A stretch of DNA of 64,000 nt from Histomonas meleagridis 2922-C6/04-290x (taxonomy: Eukaryota > Protista > Parabasalia). The notes under the pieces are model-generated. The model worked only from the letters and a program-made list of their open reading frames with translations. It had not been told where the DNA came from and searched no databases. Both the position numbers and the translations under genes were made by a program. Every line of letters begins with the position of its first letter. Within the stretch, counting starts at the first letter, position 1. The DNA lies in NCBI GenBank assembly GCA_020184695.1, contig JAANOX010000142.1:62001-126000 (forward strand), given 5' to 3'. Positions 62,665-64,000 of this stretch are shown one piece after another.

Positions 62665-64000
62665 ATGTCACATCAATCAGAAAAAATCGGCAATTATATT
62701 CTTTTACAAACACTTGGGTCTGGTTCTACAAGCAAGGTAAAGCTTGCACAGCACTGCCAGACAGAAGAATTAGTTGCTATAAAAATCATTAAAAAATCTC
62801 ATTTTGCACACAAACCGAATCTTGAAAAGAAAATACACCGAGAAATAGCTCTAATGAAGCTAATGGACCATCCTCATATACTTAAGTTGAAGGAAGTCCT
62901 TGAAAGTTCAAGGCATCTTCATCTTGTTCTTGAGTATGCCGAGAATGGAGAGCTTTTTGATTATCTCGTTCGTTCTCAGTCTCTTCAGGAAAGCGAAGCT
63001 CTCAATATTTTCCGACAAATAATCTATGGTATTGATTATTTGCATTCTCATTCAATTTGTCATAGAGATCTCAAACCAGAAAATATTCTGATTGATGGTA
63101 ATGGACAAATTAAGATAGCAGATTTTGGTTTTGCTCGTTGGATGAAAGAAAATATCGCAGAAACTTCATGTGGCTCTCCTCACTATGCAGCTCCAGAAGT
63201 TGTACGAGGAGTTCCATATGATGGCCGCCGCGCAGATATTTGGAGCGCAGGCGTTATATTATTTGCTCTTCTTGCAGTATGTTTTTATAATCATTTTCAC
63301 TCGTGAAAATGATTAATTACAACAACTAACACATAGGGATATTTACCGTTTGATGACCCATCGATCCGTAGTCTTCTTGCCAAAGTCAAAAAAGGTTATT
63401 TTCATATGCCAGATTTCCATCCAAATATCAAAGACCTTATTCGCAGGATGATGACTGTTGATCCTGACAAACGTATAACCATAGCCGAAATCAAGAACCA
63501 CGTCGCTTTTCGCCAAGGTCTTCCATCAACATATGTTGTTCCTTCTCCCATTCCATATGCTGACTTTTCTTACCCCATCAACCCCGCCACGATTCCTCCA
63601 GATGTCTTTGGCCTTCTTACGAAGATAGGTCTCACAGAATCTGAAATTAATTCGTCATTGGTAATCGAAGAAAATAACCCCGTAAAGATCTTTGTCATGA
63701 TGCTCTCTCGAAAGGTATCATATCAAGACCTTCCATGGGAGTGTGCTGTTTCACAGATTATCCATGATGATTTTCAAGATGCTCCAGTTGAGTTCACATC
63801 AGACAAAGGTACATTCTACCAAGCAAACCTCGGGCGTAGGAGGCGTAGAACGACAGAATCGCCGACACCTGACGGATTTTCATTGGCACATGCGGCGCCA
63901 TGGGCAATGAATGACCCAATAATGTTTGGCCCCAACTTTGAATCTAACGAAATTTTGGGTCCCGCAAATGTACCTCTTGTATTACTGGCGTCGCAGATAC
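62665..64000 (+). CDS. CAMK-group Ser/Thr kinase (BRSK/SAD/AMPK-like), one intron, 3'-partial
   Basis: LGSGSTSKVK, VAIK, HRDLKPEN, DFG, SCGSPHYAAPE. After splicing 63277-63336 it reads LLAGYLPFDDP and stays open to the window end. Confidence 0.92.
63277..63336 (+). other. Canonical 60-nt trichomonad spliceosomal intron
   Basis: 5' GTATGT; 3' ACTAACACATAG (branch point fused to the 3' splice site); removal restores kinase subdomain IX. Confidence 0.93.

Overview
AT-rich eukaryotic genomic DNA, most likely from a parabasalid (Tritrichomonas/Trichomonas-like; inferred from BspA-type LRR genes, DUF3447-type ankyrin genes, TCAYT initiator motifs and an intron with the trichomonad GTATGT...ACTAACACATAG signature). 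It holds about 30 densely packed, mostly intronless genes: NF1-like RasGAP, PP2A-B55, Rab, BEACH, DUS, PMT, eIF4E, COMMD, importin-beta-like, IMPACT, RRM, a BRSK/AMPK-like kinase and an Rnl2-family RNA ligase. There are also three tRNAs and several pseudogenes. MAIN FINDING: four ankyrin-repeat genes that look fragmented in the ORF track are interrupted by about 65 U-rich spacers of exactly 17 nt (consensus R-TT...(A)TTT, no GT-AG, no branch motif). The spacers sit between single codons of the ankyrin beta-hairpin loop, in the pattern D[17]x[17]x[17]G[17]x-T-A/P-L, giving 3-nt micro-exons with a 20-nt period. Removing the 19 spacers from 25756-26705 (minus) gives an intact 208-aa ankyrin protein with textbook loops. 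This looks like a non-canonical micro-intron or excision system aimed at the ligand-binding loop codons; I know of no description of it, and the mechanism is inferred rather than shown. Second highlight: a secreted polyprotein (5268-5765) built like an antimicrobial-peptide precursor.
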